The position numbers were made by a program, and so were the translations under genes. DNA of 64,000 bases from Eledone cirrhosa (taxonomy: Eukaryota), in contig OZ024750.1 of assembly GCA_964016885.1 (NCBI GenBank), positions 6,138,001-6,202,000 on the forward strand. The letters are read 5' to 3'. The notes beneath the pieces were generated by a model. It saw only the letters and a program-made list of their open reading frames with translations. It was not told the origin of the DNA and ran no database searches. This document shows, piece by piece, positions 44,231 through 57,893 of the stretch (its first letter is position 1; every line of letters begins with the position of its first letter).

Positions 44231-44742
44231 GGAAGGGGGTATAGTAATAATAAATATATATATATATGAGAAGAAGAAGAAGGAGAAGAAGAAGAAGAAG
44301 AAGAAGAAGAAGAAGAAGAAGAAGAAGAAGAAGAAGAAGAAGAAGAAGCATCTGATGATGGTGATGATGAAGAAATAGAATGAGAAAAGAATGGAAAAAA
44401 GAAGAAAGGTGAGAATATGATATGTTTGAAAGAAGGGGAGAGGCTGGAGAAAGATCTAATACAGCCCCATGAAGAAACCGTTCATATGGCAACCATGCAA
44501 AACTTTCATCCTCCATCTTCCCACTTCACACATTCATGCGGTCTCATACGATGTTGTACACGTTAGGTTTGTATTGTTGCTTCTTCATATCTGTGTTGCT
44601 GTGTTGCTGTGTCTATATGTGTCTATATGTGTGTATATGTGTCTATATGTGTGTATATGTGTCTATATGTATGTATATGTGTGTATGAGTGCAGATGTGT
44701 CAATAATTACATTATAGATACATCATATATACGCAGAAACAT

Positions 44743-44756
44743 TATATATATATACA

Positions 44757-44803
<47 letters not shown>

Positions 44804-44846
44804 GTATAAATATATATATGTATATATATATATATGTATATGTATG

Positions 44847-44877
<31 letters not shown>

Positions 44878-45018
44878 GTATATATATATGTATATATATG
44901 TATATATATATATGCATATATATATATATGTATATATATATGTATATATATGTATATATATATATATGTATATATATATGTATATATATGTATATATATA
45001 TATATGTATATATATATG

Positions 45019-45098
<80 letters not shown>

Positions 45099-45112
45099 TG
45101 TATATATATGTA

Positions 45113-45167
<55 letters not shown>

Positions 45168-45172
45168 GTATA

Positions 45173-45208
<36 letters not shown>
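44743..45208. repeat. Long interrupted (TA)n tract
   Basis: Direct reading. Confidence 0.95.
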
Positions 45209-45210
<2 letters not shown>

Positions 45211-45341
45211 GCTGCCGACTTACTTATCACACTGAAACATATCTATCTATCTATCTATCTATCTATCAAATCGTCACTCTCTTTGTGTATATATGTATGT
45301 AAACATACATATATACACAAACACACACACACATACACACG

Positions 45342-45420
<79 letters not shown>

Positions 45421-45716
45421 GGGGGGGGGGGTATATGGGGGGGGGGGGGGGCATCAGTCCCGCTGTTTTGCCTTTTTTGCTTTATTTTTTATTGTCTTTA
45501 TTTGATATTTTGATACGTTACATATTATATATTTGTTTGTTGTTTTTACATCCTTAAAATATTGGTTTTCCATACATGTTCTTCAGGGCGACTGAATGCC
45601 ACCCATAACATAGACATTCTTTTAATCTTCTATTGAGTCTGGAGAGTTTGAGAGGGATGGTTGGAATCATCGCTACTTGAATGGGAGAGAGATAGAATGG
45701 CACACACAGAGATAGG

Positions 45717-45761
<45 letters not shown>

Positions 45762-46046
45762 TGAGAGAGAGAGAGGGGGTCTAGAGGGACAGAGAGAGAG
45801 AGATAGAGAGAGTGAGTGAGAGAGAAAGAAAGGGAGATACTGACAGAGAGAGAAAGAGAGAATGACAGAGATTTAGGATGGAACAAACGGAGAGAGAGTG
45901 GGACAGAGAGAGAGAGAGGGGGGAGGTGACAGGGAGAGAGAGTGGCAGAGAGAGAAAGAGAGAATGTCAGAGAGATAGGGGGAACAAACGGACAGAGGGA
46001 CAGACAGAGAGAGATTGAAAAAGGTAGAGAGTGACAGAGAGAGAGT

Positions 46047-46132
<86 letters not shown>

Positions 46133-46574
46133 GGGGGAGTGGGAGAGATGACGAGGGTGAGACTGAATGAACTACGGAAGGTGGGAAACAGATAATGTAC
46201 AATGACTTCATTTTCCCCGTCGTTGAAGCAAGAAATCAAATATATTATTAATCCTAGCGAATTGTCTGTCATTTTGCCGAGTCTGTAACCGCCGTGACAC
46301 ATTACCAATTATCTACCCTTCGTTTTCGCTTCACTTAGATAGTACCAAGCACCAAGCCTTGTTGCCTCACACGTCTCATATTATATGATATTCAAATATA
46401 TTTGTTACGCAGACAGTACACATATCTCGTTGGTGCAAATATTCATACATACACACAAAGAAAGGCGAGATTTGTAGAAGAAAGTTGCTGTTTGTTATGT
46501 TATAGGGAAGTTTACATTCTGTAGTGGATGCAACATAGCCGTATATACATATATCTAAAGTCTGTCTTAAGACA

Positions 46575-46832
46575 GAAGGCTCATTTGGCCGGTGCTTATC
46601 CCAGTTTTATTGCGTGAAGCGACTGAGAGTAGAAGAATACCCCTGGACAGGACGCCAGTCCATCGCAGGGTTAAACCCCCAGCTATTGCTGGTACTCATT
46701 TTCAGCTGGGTATACTGGAGCAACGTGAAATGAAGTATTTTGCTCAAGAACACAACACGTAACCCAGGAATCAAACCCCCGACATTATGATCGTAAGTCC
46801 AACACCCTTACCACTAGGCTACGTGCCTCCAC
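46575..46832 (-). mobile_element. tRNA-derived SINE of a third type (CORE/V-like body)
   Basis: Reverse complement: gtggaggcacgtagcctagtggtaaggg..ggtttgattcc..ttgtgttcttgagcaaaatactt..cctgcgatggactggcgtcctgtccagggg. Confidence 0.8.
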
Positions 46833-46974
46833 ATATATACATATACGCATATATCATTTAAATACATACATACATGTGAGGATGAGCTAAATGTTTCATA
46901 GGCTGACCAAGATATTCTGATAGAATATGATGAACATAGTCCAGCTTGCTGTCCGGTCCACACATGTCTCTTAC

Positions 46975-47524
46975 ATACAAGATGGCTGCAACTCAATTTC
47001 GCGTAAGGTCATCGCTTGATACTTAAGCATGAGCATCACGGACGTGGCTTTTTAGTCCTGCTAAGGACTTGCCTATGGCCAGCCATGCCATGCATCGCAA
47101 AAAAAAAAAAAACATGTCACAAGCGATGCTTGTGCTTGAAGCTTTTTTAAGTGAGGAAAGGATTTGCACGGGGCCAATCCCACTCTCTGAACATCGAATG
47201 CATTTGCTCAAAAAAGAAGAACTGGTCTACATCATTGGATGCAGACGAAGTCGCAGGTTTTATATCAGAGTGACCTTCTCCGAGAAAGATGTCTTAATGA
47301 AGACTAGGAGTCTCTCGCTCCACAAACAAAATATTTGCTGGCTGTTGACTCTCATGAATTCCTCAGCGCTTTGATTTGTTTTGTTTTTCATCCCGCAGTG
47401 TGTCCAAATTCACCCTCGTCACCAAGCAAGCTTAGTGGGGTTGTCAGTTTAGTTGCCGACCACCAGACCATGCACAGGTTGTACTGGGTTACATGTTACC
47501 AGTAGCACTGAAGAGCGACCTGAC
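46975..47524 (-). mobile_element. Diverged sister subfamily of the bipartite RTE-like element
   Basis: Reverse complement has ggagaaggtcactctgatataaaacctgc, agagagtgggattggc, aaaagcttca and KSLAGLKSHVRDAH. Confidence 0.75.
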
Positions 47525-47540
47525 ATACATACATAGATAG

Positions 47541-47823
47541 ATGGTGGCTGCCAACTCGTTTTCGAGTACGGCCACTACTTTATATCCATGTAGGAGAACC
47601 CCTACTGATGCGCTGAACGAGTGTGACTTTTTAGTCCAGCCAGCGACTTGAAAGCTCTGGTACAAACACTACACTTGTGACAATTATTGACACATAGTGC
47701 TGGGCCCATGGTACCATGTGACGACAAATGCAGAGAGATCTCCAGATATAAAGCAATGCCTGTGCCGTGAAGCTTTTATAGTGAGCAAAGGCACTGCACA
47801 AAGCCAGTCCCACTCTCTTAACC
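47541..47823 (-). mobile_element. 5'-truncated bipartite RTE-like element
   Basis: Reverse complement of 35628-35910. Confidence 0.88.
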
Positions 47824-48389
47824 TAGATAGATACATACATAGATACATACATACATACGCACACACACACATACATACATACATACATACATAATGACAT
47901 ACGTACAAGTGTGGCTCCAGTGTGGCCGATAGGTGTTTATTCCATTTCGAACTTTGGTGAGTTGGTATGATCCTAAAATCACCCATATTTGGTGATACTC
48001 TGCAAATAATGGTGAAGCAGACGGTATTGTATGGAACCATATTGCTATCTTTATTGAATTGGAAAGACAGGAGTAACATATATAAAGATTTTAACTACAA
48101 GAATGATACTTGAAGAACATATTGGTAACAGAGTTATAGGCTGTAGAGTTCAGTGGAAAAACTAAGCATTAAATTATTTAATTTATATTTTATAAACACA
48201 CTAAAGATTAGGGTAATTGAGTGGAAAATTATACTCGTATTAAACCTAGATCAACACATTTAGACACATAATATGTAAGTATGGGTTTCTCATGTGAAGT
48301 CTTCTCTCATACACACAGAAAGTCATACATACATATACACGTATGTTTTTCACACTCGCATACAGACACACACATGCGCACGCACACAG

Positions 48390-48420
<31 letters not shown>

Positions 48421-48590
48421 CACACATGTGTGTGTGTGGGGGGGGTATGTTTATATATATATGTATATATATATATGTATATATATGTGTGTGTGTGTGT
48501 GTGTGGCTGTGTGCATATGGATATGTATTTTTATATATCTGCATGAATGTATGTATATGCCTATATATATATATGTATATGTTTGTTTGC

Positions 48591-48690
<100 letters not shown>

Positions 48691-48694
48691 ATGG

Positions 48695-49160
48695 GGCCTA
48701 TAGAAAATATGAAAATAAACCCTATGGCCTTCTTTAATTTCGCAAAAGAGACCACCTCGGTACACTACTATATAAATAGCTCACTGACCACAGACCCCCA
48801 ACAGATAAGTGTGATGCTGAACGAGCAATAAAAAAGGTTTTCATGCCCTCAATGAGACACGTCCAAAAAACTAGACCAGGTGAGTTCTTTATCACAAGTG
48901 CGTCACACGGAGAGATGGCAACCATACTCTACATAGATATAAAACGGAAAATGTAAAAACGGATATCCATGAAACAAAACCAAATTCAACTTCTGGCCCT
49001 GATGGGATCCCAACAATCCTCCTAAAATGATGTAAAAGAAACTTAGCAGAACCACAGCAGATCCTTTCCCAAAGTTCCCTTGCGTGTGGTAAACTACCCG
49101 GAAACCAAAAGAAGGCATACTGTTTTCTTGCCCTAAACGAGGAAGAAGAGCCGATGTTAG
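48695..49160 (+). mobile_element. Decayed CR1-group LINE ORF2 fragment (region upstream of RT)
   Basis: IENMKINPMAFFNFAK..LTTDPQQISVMLNEQ..; SGPDGIPTILLK motif at ~48992-49027; GKLP. Confidence 0.7.
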
Positions 49161-49389
49161 AATACTTGGGATGAAGACGATGGAGAAAAGAGTGATATAC
49201 CTATGAAAGATTCTATAAGGGCTACCACCAAACTTTGGTATCGAGACATGGATAACCCTCGACAAGGACGCCACAATGTATAGTGTCAATGGTCCCATCT
49301 TTCACGCCACAGTGGTGGGAATAATTCGTTACAATATACTAAATATATCTTTAAATGGTCACCTTGTACAAAAAAAAACATATTTATAT

Positions 49390-49540
49390 ATGAATGTATG
49401 TATAATATATTTGGCAATATACTGTATGTTTAATTAAAAACATGTTGAAGACCATTCGCTATGGGGTTTTAAAGTGGTCTTCAAAATGTTTTAAATTAAA
49501 CATGCAGTATATTGCCAAATATACTATACATACATTCATG
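49390..49540. repeat. Fold-back palindrome, ~65 bp arms
   Basis: atgaatgtatgtata..tttggcaatatactgtatgtttaattaaaaacatgttgaagacca / tggtcttcaaaatgttttaaattaaacatgcagtatattgccaaa..tatacatacattcat. Confidence 0.85.
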
Positions 49541-50290
49541 TATATACATTGCTATTTCAGAGCACAAATACTAATATCATTTTTATATATGATTTTTGCC
49601 CCAGCATGGGCATAGTGCAGTGGTTGGAATCATTCAAAGAATAAATACGTATAGAAAACAGGATTGAAATTGTTCTCTCATAACCTGATTACAAGAAGAA
49701 TATTTGCGAGTAGAAAACTGGAGGAAGGGGGGAAAACAAATACAATATATATCATTTAAGAGAAACCCCTACACTTAAGATTCTTAACAACACTCTAGTA
49801 ATGGTCCTGTCTACAGTTAATGTTATTCACCCCTTACATTACTAATTGTATATACCCCAGAAACTAACGATCTTTCAACTAACTATGCCTCTATTTGTTT
49901 CAGAAGTCCCATGATGATCTGCTGTTTTGGCTTCAAATTCACTATTCACTTGTCTTATCTATATGGAGTTTTTTTATCCCCACTATAAACTTCCACAGCA
50001 AACTAATGGATAACACGTCTCCTGATATAAAAAAAAATGTCCCTTATCTCCTCAGTTAATTCAATCGTCTCTTTCTCTCTCCACTTCCTCTCTCTCTATC
50101 CCCCTCTCTCTCCACCCACTTTCTCTCTCTCTCTCTCTCTCTCTGTCTCCTGTTTCCTCTTTCTTGCTTTCTTTGTTTTTTCTCTACACGTTAACCATTT
50201 GTTTTTACTGCTTTTCCTTGTATATAATACAATATACTTACAAAGTATACGTTATCATAAACATTCATGCAAACAAATACGAAGTGGCTA

Positions 50291-50324
<34 letters not shown>

Positions 50325-50882
50325 TTATATGTATATATATGTATATATATAACGAGTGTACTTTCAAAGAAAATATCCTACATCCTTTCTCATACAAATA
50401 TACGCAACCATTGCCAACACATTTACATACAAACCCTTACACTAAAAACATACGCACTAATTACCTATTATATAAACACACATGCACACATTCAGATTCA
50501 TACGCCCCCACATAAACATAGACACACATTTCCTCACCCACACATACATACATACATACATCCAAAAGCAGAGATATACGTAAGGATAGATATATACACA
50601 CAGAAACACAAACGCAAGACATCCATACATACATACATACATACATACATACATACATACATACATACATACATACATACATAGAAACAATTACACCGCC
50701 GTCATTCAGACATACATACAAACACAAGACATCCATCCATACATACATACATCCATACATACAAACACATACGCTCACATGCAGATTCATTCATCTAATA
50801 ACAAAGACATAAGTACAGACACATTTTGAGAAGACATACGTACAACAACAGCAACCAGGCATTCACACACACACACACACAG

Positions 50883-50923
<41 letters not shown>

Positions 50924-51067
50924 GACACACCGAGGCACACGTGCATCAATACAGACGCACACGTACCTAGTCCCACATTCACACATGTATGATTGTTACA
51001 CAAAATCCCTCACGTACAACACGATAGTAAAACTTAGAAGGTAATCAAACTCATAGACATATATACA

Positions 51068-51110
51068 TACATGATGGCTGCCCCCTCGTTATCGAGTATG
51101 GCCATTGCAC
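51068..51110 (-). mobile_element. Isolated 3' stem-loop tail of an RTE-like element
   Basis: Reverse complement atggccatactcgataacgagggggcagccat-catgtatg, matching gtggccgtactcgaaaacgagttggcagccac. Confidence 0.6.
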
Positions 51111-51281
51111 GTTATACCATTATTAATAATTATTAATTAATTCAATCGTGCAATGCCTGTGCGTGAAGATGCATACACACATACATACATACATACATAC
51201 ATACATACATACATACATCTCTCTCTCTCTCTGTCCCTATCTGTATATATCAATACACACACACACACACACACATATATA

Positions 51282-51459
51282 TGGAAAATTCGGGACCCCG
51301 ACGGCTGAGCGCCGGCCGTTTCAACAGCTAGATCCGAACTGTTAAAACGGCCGCAGGTCAGCCGCCGGGGCTCGGAATCTTTTCCTATTACCCACTCTAC
51401 TACCCCAAGTATCGAGTACTCTGGTGAGTAATGGTCTAACTGGTTTTTAGCGCCTCCAT

Positions 51460-51463
<4 letters not shown>
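51282..51463. mobile_element. Family A fold-back element, more diverged
   Basis: ggaccccgacggctgagc..gtttcaacag / ..cagccgccgggg; tail acccactctactaccccaagtatcgagtact. Confidence 0.75.
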
Positions 51464-51504
<41 letters not shown>

Positions 51505-51510
<6 letters not shown>

Positions 51511-51664
51511 ATATAGAAATGGCTTCTACAGGAAGCCCCTGGTGATTTCCTTCGAATGAAACAGTTCTAGTCCTGTAGAAGCCATTTCTATATTAAATAT
51601 TTATACTCTGCTATGTATTGAGTACCTTACTGTGTTTACCCCCGATTGAACCCGGGATAAACTT
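51505..51664 (+). mobile_element. Family B element with mutated HHR core between 30 bp inverted arms
   Basis: gcttctacagga agccc CTGGTGA tttc cttc gaat GAAAC agttcta GTC ctgtagaagc; tail is the reverse complement of 38700-38780. Confidence 0.78.
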
Positions 51665-51788
51665 ATATATATGTATACAAATCTCCATTACATATATACG
51701 CATATACATACTTGCACAATATATACTTTTACATTATATATACATGTGTGTGTGTGTGTGTATAATAGGATGAGAGAGAGAGCGTATC

Positions 51789-51833
<45 letters not shown>

Positions 51834-52610
51834 ATCCGAAACAAACTGACAACAAACAACAAAAGATCATTTGCTTACATAAAACAACATATGAACCAAT
51901 CCAACTTTTCTCTATTTAATCGCAATGTCTGACAGAGCTGATGTTTATCTCTAAAAGTTAATTGTATTTCATTCTGTCTTAATAGCTCGTATTTCTTGCT
52001 AAACAGACAAAAGGAAAACATGAAACAGAGTTTAAAACAAGGATACAGGGTGGAGAAAGGATAGGGGGGTGACTAGCCGAATGGGGAGGACGGGAATGTG
52101 GAAAAAAAGGACTGAGTATTGTCGACTGTCGGCTGATGGTAGTTATTCTACCAACACATCGCTTCTCCGTGGTTTTCTGTGGATTTTAAGTGAATCTAAT
52201 ATTCAATAAGAAGAGAGTTCTTACTTGCTTGATTGTGTGTGTGTGTATGTGTGTGCGAGAGTGAGTGTGTGTGTGTCTGTGTGTGTGTGAGAGAGAGAGT
52301 GTGTGTGTGTGTTTGTGTTTGTGTGTCTGTATGTGTGAGAGTATGTATATATGCGTGTGAGTGTGTGAATATATGTGTGTGAGAGTATGCGTATGTATAT
52401 ATGTATGTGTCTCTGTGTGTATTTGTGAGTGTGTATGTATGTTTGTGTGTCTTTCCTTCTGGTTTTATTATTATTTTTCTAATTTTTACCAATAAAGATA
52501 GATGTATGTATGTATGTATGTATTTATGTAAGTGTGTATGTAGTCCTGTAAATATGTATGTATGTATATATGTATGCATCTATGTATATATATATATGTA
52601 TGTATGTATG

Positions 52611-53065
52611 TCAAAGGGCAAAAGAGCTCTTAAGAGTCAATGGCCATCCAAAATCACCGGGAGAGATGACCCTTAGCCTTTGTCAAGGCAGAATTCTAGG
52701 AGAAGGAAAACTCTGATATAACACCTGCAACCCTGATGGTATCCAAGGATGTTGACTTCTTCTTCTTTTTGGTAAATATCATCTTGGTTAAGAGAGTGGG
52801 ACTGGCTTTGTGCAGTGCCTTTGCTCACTATAAAAGCTTCACGGGACAGGCATTGCTATATATCTGGAGATCTCTCTGCACTTGTCGTCACATGGTACCA
52901 TGGGCCCAGCACTATGTGTCAATAATTGTCACAAGTGTAGTGTTTGTACCAGAGTTTTCAAGTCGCTAGCTGGACTAAAAAGTCACACTCGTTCAGCGCA
53001 TCGGTAGGGGTTCTCCTACATGGATATAAAGTAGTGGCCGTACTCGAAAACGAGTTGGCAGCCAC
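52611..53065 (+). mobile_element. Longest copy of the bipartite RTE-like element, in (TATG)n
   Basis: High identity to 35505-35910 with extra 5' sequence. Confidence 0.88.
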
Positions 53066-53819
53066 TATGTATGCATGTATATATGTATATATGTATGTTT
53101 TCTGTTTCTCTTAATTTCGAGTATATTTTTTTGACCGGCCACCTTCCTGGTGGCAAGGTTGTAAAAGAAAAGAAATGATTATCCCTTGAATCGCAAGAAT
53201 GTTTTGCAAATTTTGAAGGTGCCAGCTATCGCAGCCATTTGTAGACTATGAATGTATATATGTATGTATGTATGTATATATATATGTATGTATATATGTA
53301 TATATGTATATATATATGTATATATGTATGTATGTATGTATATATGTATGTATATATGTATGTATATATGTATGTATATATGTATATATGTATGTATGTA
53401 TGTATGTATCTCTGGGTGCGGTTGTGTCAGAAAGTGTAAAAGGAGAATGTGTTAAAATGGTTGTTTGATAACAGTTAGTGTATGGACCATACACACACAT
53501 GCGATGACATCCATACTTTTACAAACACACACACATACACACATGAACACACACACACACACACACACTAACACATACAGACAATCATACACAATATTCT
53601 CTATTTTATCCTAATCCATACTAAATTTCCCGGCCTTTATTTTCTTTTCTGATTTTTTTTTTTATTAAAAAAAACAAACGAAAAACGAAAACGAAAAACG
53701 AAATCTAACGACTTTCCGTAATTTGGAGTGACTGCAGAAATATAATTTTACACTTGTTGATAAGATTTCTGAACATTTCAAGCTGCCATTCAATCAATCA
53801 AGAAGTGAATACCACCACC

Positions 53820-53860
<41 letters not shown>

Positions 53861-54076
53861 GGTTTCTGATTTAAGCACAAGGACAGCAATTTGAAGGGAT
53901 GGGGAATGTCGATTAAATCGACCCCAGTGCGTTACTGGTACTTTATTTTATCGACTCCATAAGGATGAAAGGCAAAGTTAACCTCGGCAGGATTTGAACT
54001 CAGTTCGTAAAGGGACGTAACTCTATGCTGCAAAACATGTTGTCCAACCCTCAACAGATACTGCCAATCTACCGTC
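53861..54076 (-). mobile_element. SINE (main family, long-tail)
   Basis: Full-length reverse copy. Confidence 0.9.
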
Positions 54077-54085
54077 TATTGTTAA

Positions 54086-54270
54086 TTGGCAGTAACGGTA
54101 GAGAGTCTGACGCCATGGTTTGACGCATAGAGTTACGGCCCTTTATGGTCTGAGTTCATCTCTCGCCGAGGTTAATTTTGCCTTACATCCTTAAGGGGTC
54201 GAATAAAATAAAGTACCAGTAATACACTGGGATAATTACTGGCCTTGTGTCAAAAGTAGAAACAATTATT
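54086..54270 (+). mobile_element. SINE (main family, short-tail)
   Basis: Head-to-head with the previous copy. Confidence 0.9.
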
Positions 54271-55855
54271 AATAATAATAATACCATCACCACCACCATC
54301 ACTACCACCACCACCTCCACCATCACCACCACCATCACTACCACCATCACCACCACTACCACCACCATCACCCCCACCACCACCACCACTACCACAACAT
54401 TGATGGTGGTGATGAATGAGATGACGTGTGTGATAAGGTTAACGACTACCATGACTACCATAGGTGGTGATAGAAAGGCAACCATTGCAAGTCCTAGTTA
54501 CTACGTTTTCTAAAACAGTTTTACAATATCGAGGATATGAAAAATGATATAAGTAAATTGCAAAGAAAAGATTAAAAGATAGAAAAAAAAACGTAATTGT
54601 GATTGGTGAATTATTGGATCACGCTAGAAATCTCTGCTGCGTTCAGTGTAAGGCATCGCTAACAATGCTTCCTTTCTTTACCACAAGATCGTTGAACGAA
54701 TGAAAGTTTCAAAATAACCACAGAATGTCAGTTATCGTATTTCGATGCAGAATATTAAAAGTACTTCCGGAATAAGTTAGAACTTTCAAGAAGCAATCAA
54801 TCATGTAGTTTCTGGTTCCTTAGTATTAACCAAAACAATGTATATAAATAGAAATGATTGAGAATTCGATGCTTTCTGCACTTGATCGTACCGTAAAAAA
54901 AGTCACACGAACATGAAAGGAAAAAAAAAAATTTTTTATATTAATAAGAATAGCGCCTCTGATATTTACAGACCCCTCCCACTCTGGGGAAGTCCGTGAG
55001 ATGTTCAGTTTTAACTTCTGTTGATCTGCAGCTGTAGAAAAAAACTTATAAAACACATGAAATGATGAAGATCGTTGATTTGCTGTGAAATAATTGGATA
55101 AAATGTTATTTATATTTGAAGTAAGGATCGAAGCATAGAAGGAATGAAGAGAGGACAGGCAAATATTTTTAGTGGAAGTGGTAGCATGGGTGTTATGAAA
55201 GTTGTATATTTCAAGGAGCGAATACATGGGCGACAGAAGTGTTAGAGAGAAAAATAGTGCATCTGTGGATCTTTGTAGCAACTATAACAATGAAATGTTT
55301 ATATGCGTTCGCTAGGGCACTTCAGATATCTGAGCAGTACTTAAAATAAAAAGTAGTCCAAGTAAAGTGTAATTCTATTAACACGAAACAACTTTACACA
55401 TATACACCAAGTCCGAACACAAAAGACCAAACTCCCACTGTCACTGCCTTCGTCTGTCCCGCTCTCCCCATCTCTCCTTATTGTGAGAAAATGGGGGCAG
55501 TACATATATGAGAGTTTCACTTTAACACTGCACAGAGTCAATAACTTAAGAGAGATGAAGTATTTTCTTGATATGAAAATAAATAGAAACATCTGAGGCA
55601 CAAATATTGCAATATGTGGGGTCACAAGAAGGTTAGAATTTATATCGAATTTGAGGGTTATAATTAATTGGTAATTTCTTCCGTAATAAATTAAAATTAA
55701 TGTAAGGATATGTAACAATTCACTTATCAAAGGCAATTAAATATAACGATTCTTCCTGGGGATTGAACCCAAACGACAGATCATATTTCCTACAAAGTTC
55801 TGTAGATATCAGAGCACTTTCCTCTGGAATTTTACATCAAACCACATAGCAAGTT

Positions 55856-56443
55856 AATAATTGTTTCTACTTTAGGCACAAGGCCAGTAATTATCTCAGT
55901 GCATTACTGGTACTTTATTTTATCGATGAAAGGCAAAGTAAACCTCGGCGGGATTTGAACTCAGATCGTAAAGGGACGTAACTATGCTGGAAAGCATGGC
56001 GTCCGACTCTCTACCGATATTGCCAACCCCAATAATGATTTCTACTATAGGTACAATGCCAGTAATGTCTATGGGAGGGTAAAGTCGATTAAATCGACCC
56101 CAGTTACTGGATGAAATACCCGTATGGATGAAAGGCAAAGTTAACCTCAGCGGGATTTGAACTCAGAACGCAAAGGAACATGACTAAATACTGCAAAGAA
56201 GTTTGTCTGATGATCTCCCGATTCTACCAATCCACCGCCCTTCGGAATGGAATAATAATTGTTTCTACTTTAGGCACAAGGCCAGCAATTACCCCAGTGC
56301 ATTACTGGTACTTTATTTTATCGACCCTGTAAGGATGAAAGGCAAAGTTAACCTCGGCGGGATTTGAACTCAGATCAGAAAGGGGCGTAACTCTGTGCTG
56401 CAAAGCATGTTGTCCGACCCTCTACCGATACTGCCAGACCACC
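55856..56443 (-). mobile_element. Three tandem SINE copies (55856-56030, 56031-56239, 56251-56443)
   Basis: Each has gatgaaaggcaaagt.aacctc.gcgggatttgaactcag. Confidence 0.9.
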
Positions 56444-57150
56444 ATAATAATGATAGCCGTAATTATAATACACTTATATTTAATAATGATTTCTTCATTA
56501 ATAAATTAAAATTAATGTAAGGATATGTAACGATGCACTGGGGATTGAACCCAAACTACACATCATATTTCCTCCAAAGTTGTGTACATGTCACAGCACT
56601 TTCCACTAGAATTTTACATCAAACCATCAAACATATAGCAAGTTAATAATGAAATATGGATCTAAAAGGTTAGTTGTTTGCAATTACCAATACTCAGTGA
56701 GCTTGAATTTCCTTTGGAAATAACGACCAAGCATCACTGAAAAGAGAATATTTGATCATTCCTTAATGAATGCACCCTTGGCATGACATCGGAAGAAGTC
56801 ATAGTTGAACTGATCATTTATCAAATGACGTGAGAACTCATACACGAGATTAACAAATATGCATAATGCTTGATTTGTGTTGAAGAAAAAATAAGTGTAA
56901 AAACTGTAGGATATGTTATAGTATAAAATCACAGAGAATGATTAGTATAGCTGAAATTAGGATACGCGCAACTAGCATTAAAACTTGAAATGTAGTCATC
57001 TAACTGATGTTCGATTACCAGGTACAAATTTATACTGTATTTTAACTTGCTTTCTCTGCCGTGCCATAGTTAAGGATAGTTAAGTTAGGCTGGTTTGTCA
57101 CTAATACACATACAGGTATATGTACAATGACATCAAATAAACACGAATGC

Positions 57151-57213
<63 letters not shown>

Positions 57214-57218
<5 letters not shown>

Positions 57219-57506
57219 ATATTAACAAATGGAAACTATATTTATAAAACCATATTTATTTCATTATACATATTTTAAGGGCCACCAGAGAAAACTATGG
57301 TGCGCTTTCATCAGATAAAATATAATATAGGTTAGTTTTATAAATCAATATTGACCCTTGAAATATGTGTAATGAAATAAATATGGTTTTATAAATATAG
57401 TTTCCATTTGTTAATATATTGTATATTTACTCCAATAATTTGTTGAGTGCTTTATATCAGTTATAAAAATATTTTGCTTGCTGTATCCCAACAAATTAAA
57501 TATAAC

Positions 57507-57510
<4 letters not shown>
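57214..57510. mobile_element. Family D element in inverted configuration; minus-strand HHR (57259-57320) has GAAA>AAAA
   Basis: 57214-57280 is the reverse complement of 57356-57421; remainder homologous to 34313-34545. Confidence 0.82.
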
Positions 57511-57550
<40 letters not shown>

Positions 57551-57579
57551 GTGTGTGTGTGTGTGTGTGGGGGGGGGTT

Positions 57580-57787
57580 ACGTATTTCCGAAGAAAAAGC
57601 AAAGGAAAAAAAGAGTGCTCTATGTATAAAACAGAGCTATTTGATTAGAAAGTGAACAATACAAAATATAACTACTCCATTACCAAAGGTTTCAGGACCC
57701 TAGACAATATCAACATACGTCTAGGTCGCTCATCAGATAGAGGGGTTATAAGTTAAACCCTCTTTAGTCATATTTTGTGTTGTTCAC

Positions 57788-57795
<8 letters not shown>
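57580..57795 (-). mobile_element. Family C element with inverted ends
   Basis: attagaaagtgaacaatacaaaatat ... atattttgtgttgttcactttctaat; shares left tail with 18608. Confidence 0.82.
57675..57742 (-). ncRNA. Type I hammerhead ribozyme (family C)
   Basis: Reverse complement: ctctat-CTGATGA-gc gacctagac[loop]gtctagggtc ct-GAAA-cc ttt g-GTA-atggag; 6 bp stem I. Confidence 0.85.
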
Positions 57796-57841
<46 letters not shown>

Positions 57842-57893
57842 AAATAAGTCAAATATGTAAAATTTGCCTTCGTTTATTATAAAATATAAATTT

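Noticed and set aside
45560-45592. Minus-strand CTGAAGA..GAAA
   Set aside because: Stem II only 3 bp with a 2 nt loop, and no stem I or III; probably chance
54826-55736. Two 130-150 aa minus-strand ORFs
   Set aside because: Composition typical of AT-rich non-coding DNA, no motif; a possible LINE trace on the plus strand is too weak
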